A stretch of DNA of 64,000 nt from Raillietiella orientalis (GCA_036172245.1 JAYWIR010000020.1:806001-870000), one strand, 5' to 3'. Shown: positions 1 to 12,254, numbered from the stretch's first letter. Translations and numbers: made by a program. Notes: generated by a model not told the origin, from the sequence alone.

Positions 1-547
1 GATTAGAATCACGGTATTATCAGTAGCAGTAATTACAATTAACATGCTGTGATTATTATAGCACTTGCAATTTGTGGTTACGATAGGGTTTTGAATAAGT
101 GTTTCTTATTTTATATGTAGTTTTCTCTATGAGGAAGAATTTGTACACAACCAGAAAATTGGCGAAGACAATTTTGAAAATAGATTAAATGAAAATATCA
201 TTACGAGACGTATTAGTAAAGTTTCGTTTATATTGGTAAGCATGTTCCACAATGCAAAGAATTATTTTGTGTTGGAGTGTTGGAGTTAAGTTTGCAATCA
301 TGCAAGTGTTGTGCGAAATTTCGTTAGCATCATGTGAACACAGTAATCTTCGAGAATTTGAAGTTATCCAATGTGAAATGAAGAATTTTTTCCCCAATTG
401 GACAGCAGCCGGACAGTATCGTATAGCCGGCATTCATTCAAGATTTGTTTGAACTCTATTAAGAATGGTAGTTTGCATAAGTGTGTAATTTTCTACATTT
501 TATATTTCTATGTGATTGTTTGGTACATTTCATATGCCATTGTTGAA

Positions 548-3500
548 ATGAAAAACATTTTAAATCTGGTGAAATGTTCACTTTCTTTAGTATTTTTGAT
601 AATGTTTATTGGTGGATTAGTGACTATGATGAAAGATTTGGGAAAGAATAGTTGTTTGATGACCTATATGTTTGAACAACCGCAATATATTGTAAGTATG
701 TGAGGATTTGAAATTTTGCTAATTATCATTGAGGTGTAGAAATAGCACTTTTTAGATTACCAATAAAACACAGGGGGAGCATTATTTGTTTCGAAAACAT
801 ACAGTGTTAATGATTAGAAGCAATGTTAAAAGTTATAAATTTCAATTCAAACATATAAAAATGATTCTTAATTTTGTTTAAAAGATTCGATTTAAGTTTT
901 TTCTTTGATATGTTTTTTTAAACCATATTTCGTGTGCATAGTATGGGTTGCCCACAGTGTCTCAACAAGATCCTGAAAGGATGTATTAAAAACCATTGTT
1001 TTTATATTAATAACATAGCTTAACATAATAACATGTTTTTAGTATCAATTAGTTTCAAGTATCAATTTTTTTTTCTGAAAATAAGGAAAACTGGATTTTA
1101 AGTGGTAAGTCACTGCAAAACATGTTTGTACTTGCTGAGTTGCAATGTGACAAATGATGTAGGTGATATTTGTATAGTGGCACAACTAGAACTTCTTAAT
1201 AAAATTGTAACATTTGGGTAACCTTCATCTGAATATTTATAATTAGAAGTCCTTGCACTGTATTCATTTTAGTAAGCTACAATCAGGTGTGCATAATGAT
1301 TAGGATGTATAGAGATTCATAGAATTTTGCTTCATTTTATGGTATTATCTGCTGTATTTTAAATTGAGTTAGTGGCCATTTTTCGTTTCAAATATTAAAA
1401 TAATAAGTGTCCTTCAATGGGTGGTTCAATTAAATTGGTTAGGAAGAAATTAAAGACATAAGTTTAACTGTGGAACAACAAAATGGAGTATAAGTATTGA
1501 TTTCGATTGAAATTAAGCAGAGCATTTGAGAGGAACAAAGATTGTTGTTGAGAAGATGGAAAAAAAATTTTGATACATTTTTTGTATCCAGAAACTATAA
1601 GTTCCCATTTGAACAATAGAAATCTTTTTGAGTCAGAGGCAAAAAGTTAAAGTTCTGTTAGTACTTTTTAGAAAATACAATGCTGTCTGATCATATAAGT
1701 CATAAATACAAATGATATAGTTGGATTTATGTATTCACTGACGTAAAAGACAACCAAGGGCCAAATTATTGACTCAGAAAAATATTTATGCAAATATGTT
1801 TGGTCTATTTGTCATATGGAAGTTTTGTATTCATAAATACTTTCATATTTAGGTTTTTGACGAAAAAATACCAATCACAATCGAAAAATTTCATTATTGA
1901 CTATGTTTTAAAATAATAAATAATTAGTGATGATGACAAAAGGCATGAAAGCTTGATTTCAAGTTCTGTCATTCCATGTTCTAATGATAGAGTACATTCA
2001 TGGGATTGCTTGCCTCATATTTAAGCAGTGCCATTATTTGGAAATGTCATTTGTTTGTTATGATTTGAAAAGTACGGAGCCTGTCGATAAAGTAAACAAA
2101 AATGCGGAATCTCTCGAGATTCGTATTCGCAAATCAATGTTTAGAAAGTATCCTCAAAGCTCATTAAGTATGTGGAAACTGTTTATTGTGATATCGCAAG
2201 AAAAAGGAGCCTGGAAAAGTGGAGTCAGAGAACTGTATTGTTTTGTTTATCATGAAGAGTAATTTATATTCATCCAAATAATCCAACACCAGCACTTCAA
2301 CAAGCAGAAGATGGAATTTTTTCCATGTCAATCGAGGTTATGCTACAAATACCCAAATTTTCATTCTATTTGAGATGTATCAAAAAAAATGTTTACATAA
2401 AGCATCTGTCTTGTGCTAAGCTACATTTTTATTGTCAATCTTATGTCTAATTGTGGTGCTATATTTACTATTATTGATATGGATCTCCAAAGTCTTGATC
2501 ATAAAGTTTGGTGATAAAGCAATTTATAGATTGGATGCCTGTTCATAATGGATGCACTATGTTGAATATCGTGCTAAGATTAACTTCAATGAGAAGCCTA
2601 GATTGCAACAGAGAGCATGTTGCATACATGTAAATTGACTTGAATGTGATAATCATAAAATGCTTCGTGGTCATTCTTACTTTTTAGGGTCACTTCTGAG
2701 AATGCTACATCTAATTATTTGTAGCGTTTCTTTTAAAATAAAAGTTTTTTATGGAATTTCTGAATTTGCATTTTTTTCATGTGCAGCTGCATATTTGTAG
2801 TTGATGAAAAATTCTCAAAGATGCTGATTTCATACTATATGTGTTTGGAGTTTTATAACTTAAATACTGATTAACTTTAATACTGATTAAAATCACTTTC
2901 TAAGTTTAGTTTTGTTCAGATAGTTTAGCAATATTTAGAATTTAATGGTTGAGTTGAGATAGCTTTTATTTTGGAAGAGGTCTTTTGTAATCAAATAAAT
3001 CTTTGAGATAGGCCACATGGGCAGTTTCCCTAGCATATTTTCAAGGATTTGCAATTTCATTACATATTTGTAAGGAGTTCAGTCATTACAACATTTTAGT
3101 TTTTAACAACATTTAGTTTTTCATTTGTTTTCTTAATCAATAACTTTGCCAAGTATTATTTTTCAAAAATGCATTGAAACAATGACACATGTCATTGCTC
3201 CATCAGTCAGCAGAACTACAACTCATTTTTAATAACTTTTTATTTGTTTTCATCGTGTGTTAGCATTTTTTGTTGTGTTAAATGTAGTAAATGCACATAG
3301 CTTTCAAAAAGCCTTTTCTTTCCAAAAAAATTTGAAAATTTTGTTGTCTTGCCCATTTTATTGGAATTACGATCAGAATTTGAGTATCAGTATTTTTTAA
3401 TGATTTTAAAAAATTGTTTCCCAATAGAGAAAGCATGAAATTAAAACTAGATTTTGTGATTATTTTGAAATCCAAACAAATTAGATTCCAACTCTTTAGG

Positions 3501-6500
3501 TTGTTATACAACCAATTTCTCCAGAGATTTTTAAACAACTGAAATTACTTATCAGAACTTGATTGCAATAGTTCATATACTTTAATGTTTATCCTTGGTT
3601 GTATTTTTGTAAATCAAAAAGACTTCAGAATTTTTTAGTTACCTTTGTATCTTTTTTGGATGTTTTTTTGTTTGTAGTCATAGTGTCTTCTTCTTATGAA
3701 AGAAGTCATATACGTCATTTTCCATATGAATTCAATCAACATCATGAATAATTAAGATTTTCAGTGAATGTATTGTATGCAAATTGCACAACAATTTCAG
3801 GTTGCACATTTTTGAATTCTTAATTTTCTAAACCTAACTGAAAGTAAAAAACCATAATTTACAACACTAATGTTGTTAATAGGACTTGTCTTCTTTTCCT
3901 TTTCATTTTCTTGCCACTGACATTGAATTTTTACAATTATCAATGCTTATTATGTGTGATTGCTCAGTAAAATCACAAGTTGATAATTCACCATAATATC
4001 TGGAATCCATATAACTGAGAATGCAAAAGCATGGTCCATTTCGAAATTGTATTACTTTTTAAATGAAACTATAAACCACATAGTCTTATTATTTGCATTC
4101 CTTTTTATGAACTTCATTGCAGCCAATTCGTTTGCCACAAGACCTCAAAGAACAGTACCCATCTTATTCATTGTTTCTTTATCATGAAGGAAATCATGCC
4201 AAATATATCAAGGAAAATAGACTTACAGGGATACCTGTGGTTTTTGTTCCAGGAAGTTCAGGATCTTATAAACAAGGTAGAGTTTGTTTGTCGCAAGACA
4301 TATTGTAGCTGAGTTATTAATATAAGCAGTCATGATTTTCAGAGAATTGGAACCATTTTAGATCAAGCTGTAACTGTTATTCTCAAATATATTCATTTCT
4401 TCTTTCATTGCTTCCATTATATTTTATGTTCACCAGACTTGCAACCAGAACCATGATAGAAAACTCCATCAAATACTTGGGCATTTTTTATGAAGGAAGG
4501 AAACAGAACTTAAAAGTTTTTTTGTGCTTTTTACTTCTATCTATTTGTGTCTCCTTATTTTGAATCAGATTTGTGGTAATCAAATTTGCCAGCATATCAA
4601 AAAAAAACAGAAAGATGGTAATATAGGATGCATACCATATTGATTGGTGAATTTGATTTTGAAATGTAAAGATTGCATCTAAAATCCTTTAACATTTTAG
4701 AGTTTACTTTTTAGTGTCGTTAACGAACTTGTCTTTGAGTTGTGTAAACTTTAAAGTAAATTTGCGCTAATGTGTAAATTCTTAAAATAAGTGTTTATTT
4801 TAATTGGAATTCTCCATCGAAATTTGTTTTTGAATTCCCCTAGCGTACAGTTAAAACCAAGGAATATTAACCAATGGAATATTAACATATGAAATGAATA
4901 CATAACATAGGATCTTGAATTTCAAAACTTTAATCATGCATTTATTGAGCAACAACGGGAATCTTTTTACAAATCCATATATCTTAGGGGCAAAAATACA
5001 ATCGAGTATCAGTGAACAAGCAACCAATTGAATTTGCAGAAGTAGCACTAAGTCTGTAAAATCAATTGTGTTTTTTAAAAGGAATTTATCAGGACATTGC
5101 GAAAGTGCATGCTAGATACATTTGCATATGTGCCACCCAGTTCAGGAAAGACAATTTTAAAAAGCAATTTCTTCTATTGCATGCTAGAAAAAATTTCATA
5201 AAGTTTTCTATCATGGTTCTGGTTGCAAAAAACAGTGCTAAAACGATTTTACAAGTTCGGAAGTATTAAATGAAAGTAAAATGTATGGCTCATCTCCGTA
5301 AAAAAAAGTGTGTGTACTTTTCTGTTAAGGAAAAATTTATGAACTGAATCATGTACATGTATTTTGTCCAATGCATAATAAAAAAAAATTCTTAATTTAC
5401 ATAGTGGTAAATAGTTTTTCAGACAAGTGAATTTGTGAAAAACAGAACATGTTACATGGTGTTAAGGGAAGACTTTTTGATTTCTTTGCCCCCCAATTTT
5501 TTCAAGAATGGGGTTGTTTGATAATTACAAATTTAGCTTATTACAAACATACTTTACCAAGCTGGAATGAAGTGAGAAGGGGCAGCTAAATTAATGCTTA
5601 ATTGAAGGAATGAGAAATGAAATTGTGAATTTGAATAAAGATGAAAATAGATTGTCAACTTCATAGTGATTGCAGTTAAAAATCATAATAAACCGTAAAT
5701 CCATGAGGATATCTCATCATCATGAAAATTCATTTGAATAACTGAATTATGCAAATTTCCTGATGAACTTAAATTTACAGTTACTTTTAAATGTCATAAT
5801 TATTTCCAAATCAGTTGGTTTCACAGAAGTAGTTCTGTAGGGGAAAATCTTTGACATCAATTGATCTTTCGCAACATACGCATTCAAGACAGTTATCATC
5901 GCCTTCTTAAATGCATCTTTAAAATGTTTAAGTATTGTCAGTTAAACACGTTTCATTCTTAATTGTTTATTATTTCACACACCATGTTTTGGAGTCTTTT
6001 CATGGTTTTTTGTTTAAGTTATATCTGCTTAGAATTTAGAATGAATGAAAATTACAATATCGTTTTCCTTGCACACATGGCGTTTATTTCTCAGTAAAAG
6101 TAAAAAACTGCATGTTAGATGAGAAAGATTGAATGTGCACAATTTTTATTTAGTTTTTCATTTCTGCCTACTAAACTAGTATTATCGGATTAATTGTTGG
6201 ATGTACAATTTCATAATTTTAATAGTGTTTCAGTTCACCACAAAAGTATTGTAATTGTTTTAAAGTATTAACATCTTTAATTTCCCAGTGCGTTCAATTG
6301 GATCAGTGGCCCTTCGTAAAGCAATGGGAAATCGGTTAGGCATTCACTTCGATTTCTTCACACTAAACTTCAATGACGAAATGTCAGCGTTTTATGGAGG
6401 AAAATTACTTGCCCAATCCGCATATTTTACACAGGTCATGCAAGTGATTCAGAATTTATACGAGGTACCCAAAGCAATGGTAGTAATTGGCCATTCTATG

Positions 6501-9218
6501 GTATGTAACTTATCCCAACTGTTTCATTGCCCCAATCCCTTTGCCAGGGTGGTTTGGTAATATGTGCCTCGTTATATTCTTTAAATGTTGAAAAGCATCG
6601 AGTAAGCATCGTGATTTTATTAGCTGCTCCAGTTGTGTCACCTCCTGTGATATTTGATTTCATCACGATGACTTTTTTGTTGAAAGTTCATCAATTATTA
6701 CATGAACACAGAGATGTTATGTTTCTGTCAATAAGTGGTGGCCATCAGGATGTTCTTATTCGTTCTGATCTTGCTTTGTTTCCACGAAGTAACCATACTT
6801 TATCAATATTGGTCAGTAAATACGTTGTAGATGTTTTTATATGTACAAACAGTCTGCATCTGTTGTTGACTTGTGGTCGGACGTGGATCATCAGTGCATT
6901 TTATGGTGCAAACAACTTGTTATAGCTCTTGTTAGAGCCTTATTTGATTGTGTAGATTCACAGAAAATGCTATTGAAGAATTCAACTAGCAAATATCTGC
7001 ATGTGTTCTCATATCACTTACTAAAGGTACGAATTTCAATGAAAACATTCATGTAATAGTAGAAATGTTTAGAGGATAAGTGGCAAAGGCATGGTTAATC
7101 ATCCATCCAGAACTCATTTATTTCCCAATATTAAGAGAATAGAAATTTCTCAGCGACGGTATACTTATTTTCATTCCTTCAGGGATGATCCTGTTTATCT
7201 TTTGCTTCCCATTTATCATGATCCACATTACGAACAGTTGTATGTGACTGTTGAGAATGTGGATCATGATGATTGGTTCATGTCATGCAATGCCAGTTAC
7301 GATGAATCTTCAGGTCCCAAGTGGTATGTTGTAAATAATGCTTCAGTATATCTGATCCAAGTGCAGTCAGCAGGTTATTGATCTCTCAGACAAAGTATTT
7401 CTTTTACCTTCAACAAAGCAGAAGACACAAGCAGCTATAGTTGAATCATCTGTGTTATTGCAATTGAAAATGACGCACGTAGTGATTTTCCTTTTTTCTT
7501 ACAAAGAGGTATTATACTGTTTAATTATTAAAGACTTTCTAATATGAAGATCTTGCATAGATATGGGTTCACATTGATTTTCATGGTCGATCTGATCGTC
7601 AACTGATGTTTGCAAGTAGCTTTTGGTTCCATTTATTGAAAGAGACAACCCTTTTGAATGCTCAAGCATATGAGGGAGCCCTTTTTTACAACATATCATT
7701 TATCGCCATTAATACTGTTTGGAAAACATTTAAAATCACTGCTAATGTAACTAAATGTCAGCAGAAAGAGAGTTTTGCTCGTTTGTTTTATTCAGATGAA
7801 GATCACTATGGATTTTCGGTTTTCAGGTGTGTATTCTGGCTGTATGGCAGTGATGAATTTGTTGTTTGGTCTTATATGTTGCTAGGATGAATGATTTGAA
7901 TAGCATGGTAGTTCAGTCATTGATACCTCAACAGTGGATGAATGGCAGTGTTTTTATGCACCTGTATCTTCATCCATCTTGCATGTATGATTTTCGGTAA
8001 GTAATGCATATTCTGATGGGTCACGTATTTGTGGCAGGGTATCATCTTCCCTTGAGCATAGCTGGGGGCAAGTCATTCGCTTTTATGGCCCTCTTCTTCC
8101 AAGCCATCTGGTTGCAGCTTGCCTTGCTGATCTAGCTACTCAGCTGCAGTTGCTGAATTCAGATAGTTGTTCAGAGGGTCATAAAACTGCTTTTTGCCTG
8201 TCATCTTTAAAACTTTTGCTTTCAGCTGGTGTTTTGAAGCATATATTTTGGTAAGTAAAAAAAGATGGTACATATCATGAATCATATCCTAGTTACTGGA
8301 CATGGGAATGGGCACCTAGTCCTGACTTCATTGATATTATATTGCATCTCATTAGTTGTGCTTTAATTTCATTATTCTACGCATTCAGTGGCCTTTTGGC
8401 ATATGGTCTTGTTCTTGCAATGCGTATGCCTTTGATCAGGTATAACACACAAGTGGGGACTGGTCTTATCTTGTTAAGGTTTATTATGGATGCATTTCCC
8501 TTGCCACTGTCTGCAGTTCAGCAGACTCTTTCAGAAATGTTGTGTAGTTCCCAAGCATTGGCAGTTTTGCTGATAGCCATAGCTCTATTCACTTGTGGCC
8601 AGGTAGCCATCATTTTAGGAACTGTAATCAGCATGTCTTTGGTATGACATTATAGTTATGTACTTGTTTCTAAAATTATATTTTGAAGTTACTTCCTTTA
8701 TATGAAGACTATTGGCAAACTACTATGAATGAATGGCCAGTAAGATGGATCCTGCAAGCAACAAGTAATTGCACTATATGTCATCAGGTCCATTTTCAGC
8801 TGAGTTTGACAGTTTTATGGATTTTGTTGACGGCACTGGGTATGCCCACTCTTTTAGTATGGTACAAGTAGGTCATGCTGTTATTATTTACAATACTGAT
8901 TTAATTGGAGATCAAAAGTACCACTTCATCCTGATTATAGTTTGATTGTTGCTGTATGTTTGTGTGTAAGTGCCAGCATTCTTTGGACTTCATATGTACC
9001 TGTGCGAAATTCTTCCAGGTCAGAAAGCTTGTTACTTCAATATTAAAGTGCTTTTCAGTTACAAGGTTGTTTCCTGGATAGTATACTGTATTGCAGTGGT
9101 TGCATTGTTGACCAGCCACTTGGTTTATATTCTGAATTATGTTGTAGTCGTTGTAATGCTAATACTAGCATTTCATCAATGGGTATTGACCTATTGGGGG
9201 GAGAGAGAAAGTCACTGA
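548..9218 (+). CDS. PGAP1: GPI inositol-deacylase (PGAP1/Bst1), ~895 aa. Exons 548-691, 4123-4276, 6289-6500, 6548-6811, 6853-7026, 7073-7323, 7367-7508, 7561-7826, 7886-7996, 8038-8250, 8293-8439, 8479-8641, 8689-8867, 8911-9018, 9059-9218
   Basis: N-terminal TM then SCLMTYMFEQPQY; GIPVVFVPGSSGSYKQVRSIGS; lipase motif GHSM|GG split by a 47-nt intron; DHQCILWCKQLV; GQVIRFYG; multi-TM C-terminus. All introns are GT-AG with consistent phases; exon lengths sum to 2688 nt (896 codons). Confidence 0.93.
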
Positions 9219-9285
9219 ACAAGATATTTTCTCTTTGTATGTAACTGGTTCCTTGTTTCCAGGGTATGTTGAAAGATTCAGAGTT

Positions 9286-10476
9286 ATGGCCTCCAGCATG
9301 AAGCAAATAGCTTTAACTTGTAATGGCCATACTCGGCCTGTGGTGCACTTAGCATTTAGTCAACTTTCAAAATATGGTTATTTCTTGATCTCGGCTTGCA
9401 AAGGTAAGGCAGAACAGGTGAATGCAGGAAACCCATTGTTTCAGTTAGATGGCAAACCAATGTTGCGCCAAGGAGATACAGGAGACTGGATTGGTACATT
9501 TGAAGGTCATAAAGGAGCTGTTTGGGGTGTGGCTTTAAATGCCGATGCTACTCTGGCAGCAACTGGTGCAGCTGATTTCAATGCTAAAGTAAATTTTCAA
9601 TTAGGTTGGTTCTTTCTTTTGATGAATTTATAGGTATGGGATGCTGTTACCGGAGAAGAACGACTTTCTTTTACACATAATCATATTGTGAAGTCAGTTG
9701 ACTTTTCTCCCGATGGCATTCACCTTCTCACAGGAAGCAATGAAAAACTGCTGCGTCTTTACGACTTGGAAAGTCAGCACAGTGGTAAGCAGATACAGTT
9801 ATGAGGATGATTAGTATTGCTTTAGAACCATTTAAGTTCTTTGGACACACTGGTGCTATCCGACATGTGTTATTTCTTCAAGATGGCAAGAAAATAGTTA
9901 GCATTGCAGAGGATAAAAGCCTGCGTCTTTGGGACACATCTACTCAGTGTGAAATTGGGCATATTTTGCTTCCAGCAACTGCTAATAATGTTGAGCTATC
10001 AGCTGATGGTTCCTTGCTAACAGTTGCACATGGGAACTGTGTCAGTTTCTGGAAAGTGCCAGAGTAGGTTGGTAAGAACAGTGGAATATGTAAAGATTAT
10101 GGCAGGTTAATGCAGGTGAGCGAAGTAACTGTAGCCACAAAAGTGAACAGTGCATCCTTGCATCCCTCAGGCAATGTGTTTGTTTGTGGAGGAGATGATT
10201 TGAAAATGTATAAATATGAATTTGTGACAGGAGTGGAATTAGGTAGAATGTCTTTATCATTTCTTGGTGTTTCTATGTTCTGTAGATTCTTTTAAGGGTC
10301 ATTTTGGACCGATCCATTGTGTCCGATTTTCTCCTGATGGAGAGCTATATGCCTCTGGTAGCGAGGATGGTACTCTGCGCCTGTGGCAAACTGAAGTAGG
10401 CAAGACATATGGATTATGGAAAGGTATTGACAACAATACCAAGCAGTCTCAACCTGGAGATACAGTCAACAATTGA
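9286..10476 (+). CDS. STRAP: Serine-threonine kinase receptor-associated protein (STRAP/unrip, WD40), ~324 aa. Exons 9286-9403, 9449-9588, 9634-9784, 9826-10063, 10106-10242, 10286-10476
   Basis: Diagnostic stretches [53 protein letters not shown] and [44 protein letters not shown]; five GT-AG introns of 41-45 nt restore the frame. Confidence 0.96.
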
Positions 10477-10480
10477 TCAG

Positions 10481-10486
10481 TTTATT
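10481..10486 (-). terminator. Candidate poly(A) signal (AATAAA) of FARSB
   Basis: tttatt on the + strand reads AATAAA on the - strand, about 35 nt past the FARSB stop codon. Confidence 0.55.
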
Positions 10487-10520
10487 ACATTTTAAATTAA
10501 GGAGAAGTTCAACAACCATT

Positions 10521-12254
10521 TTAGTAGCAGTTCTCAAAAAATTCCATATTTATTTCAAATGCAGCACAAGCATGATTCAAATCAAATGCTAAGATAACTT
10601 CAGGGTGTAACACACCCATGTAGCCTAGCAACAAGTCATTTATTGTGATGGCTGCACAGCATCCAGGGAAATACATGTTTTGATCAGAAGATTTCAGCTG
10701 ATAACCATGTGTGCCTCCATAATTAACTTTCAACACTTTCATTATGTGATCTAGTATCCCATGTATAATTTCAAAACCAGGAGTTTTGTTATAATTCACA
10801 ACTGCTAAGTGACGTTCATTTTTTGCCCCCGTTTCAGTTTGTGCATCTTTCAGTACAACATCAGCAATTTCAAAAAGGCGTAAAGGCAAAGCTAAGTTCT
10901 TGTTGTAAGCTATAGTATGCAGCAAACCTGGTAGTAGAGTAGTGCGAGTAACTTGGAAATCAGCAGTTTTGGGATTGGCAATATGCACTGCACATACATC
11001 AGTAGTTTTTTTCAACTTAACAGTCAAATCAGAGAAAGAGCACAGCAAAAAGGACAATGCTTCAGTGAAGCCTGACTGTGCCAGCTCACATCTCAATTGA
11101 TTAGTTAATTTGTTAAGCCCAAACTGTTGTGCCATTGCATTAGTTTTTGGAAGCACTCTAGGTATATGTGTATATCCATAACCAATAGCTAAGTCCTCAT
11201 AAACATCACAGGCATGTAATACATCATGCCTTGTTGGAGGCACAACAGCTGTCATCTGAGAGGTGCATTTTGATTTTACTTGATATCCCATTTGGTGCAA
11301 AATATCTATTGCTTGAGATTCACTCAAACAGATCCCTAGAATTTTGTTTGCTTTACATACATCTATCTCCTTTTCATGATAGCTTAACTGAGGCCATACT
11401 GATGTTTGGCCATTAACAGAATGCACCTTGACAGGCTCCACTGTATATGGTTGTTGACAGTATCTACTGAACATACAAACCAGTGTATCAAGCACAATGC
11501 TTGCTTTGTGTTTATCAGTTGCTGTGCATTCAATGAACACGTTTTTCGTTCTTAGCGTAATTTTCGAGTGATTTCCATTTATAACTGGAGGAAGGGACAA
11601 AACAACCTGTTTTCTGTCATAAATCACAGGATAGTTCTTTTTGCCACGCAAAAGGTGAAGATACTGTTTTAAGTGACTATCCTTCGAGTACAGTTGCATC
11701 AGTTCATCAGCACTAAATTCACGAGATTCGTTTAGGGGACGAAACTTAATATCTGAGGGTGGCTGTGCATCATAAGTAAAAGGCTGTTCCAACGTATCAA
11801 AATCATGAGTTCCTATGGCTACAAGTGACCGCTTTTTGCATAGGTTTTGATGCAGTTTTTCCTGCAGATCGATGAAACTGGCATAGCTTTCTTCCGAGAA
11901 TGATATGTCACGGAGAAGTGCTGCAACAACATATGGTCGTACTTGTGCTGTGTTTGGCTTAACAAAAATTTCCACATACGATTTTGGATTTGTCAGGTGA
12001 TATAGGGGCATTTTTTCTTTCTTCAAATATACAGACAAAGCTTGACATATTCCCTCGAGGCATAACAAATCGTATCGGTTTGCAGGTACTTCGATTTTGT
12101 ACAGAATTTGTTGCTTGCCACTCTTATCAGCTTCGTCAATAATTCCATCCAGTTCAATTCCAAATGCAAAACACAATTCCTCGAACTCTTCATCAACCAA
12201 CGTGGTTCCTAGGTTATTGAGAAGGAGATCTTTCCTTATTGCAACGGTAGGCAT
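10521..12254 (-). CDS. FARSB: Phenylalanine--tRNA ligase beta subunit, cytoplasmic, 577 aa, single coding exon
   Basis: Uninterrupted ORF beginning MPTV, with YKIEVPANRYDLLCLEG, FIDLQEKLHQNLCKKRSLVAIGTHD, VLSLPPVINGNHSKIT, PPTRHDVLHACD, RTTLLPGLL and GVLHPEV. Confidence 0.97.
   Translation of the reverse strand: MPTVAIRKDLLLNNLGTTLVDEEFEELCFAFGIELDGIIDEADKSGKQQILYKIEVPANRYDLLCLEGICQALSVYLKKEKMPLYHLTNPKSYVEIFVKPNTAQVRPYVVAALLRDISFSEESYASFIDLQEKLHQNLCKKRSLVAIGTHDFDTLEQPFTYDAQPPSDIKFRPLNESREFSADELMQLYSKDSHLKQYLHLLRGKKNYPVIYDRKQVVLSLPPVINGNHSKITLRTKNVFIECTATDKHKASIVLDTLVCMFSRYCQQPYTVEPVKVHSVNGQTSVWPQLSYHEKEIDVCKANKILGICLSESQAIDILHQMGYQVKSKCTSQMTAVVPPTRHDVLHACDVYEDLAIGYGYTHIPRVLPKTNAMAQQFGLNKLTNQLRCELAQSGFTEALSFLLCSFSDLTVKLKKTTDVCAVHIANPKTADFQVTRTTLLPGLLHTIAYNKNLALPLRLFEIADVVLKDAQTETGAKNERHLAVVNYNKTPGFEIIHGILDHIMKVLKVNYGGTHGYQLKSSDQNMYFPGCCAAITINDLLLGYMGVLHPEVILAFDLNHACAAFEINMEFFENCY

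Noticed and set aside
121..452. Possible exons upstream of PGAP1 (FLYEEEFVHNQ..., ORFs 185-433 and 252-452)
   Set aside because: No recognisable protein and the splice joins are ambiguous; more likely promoter/UTR sequence.
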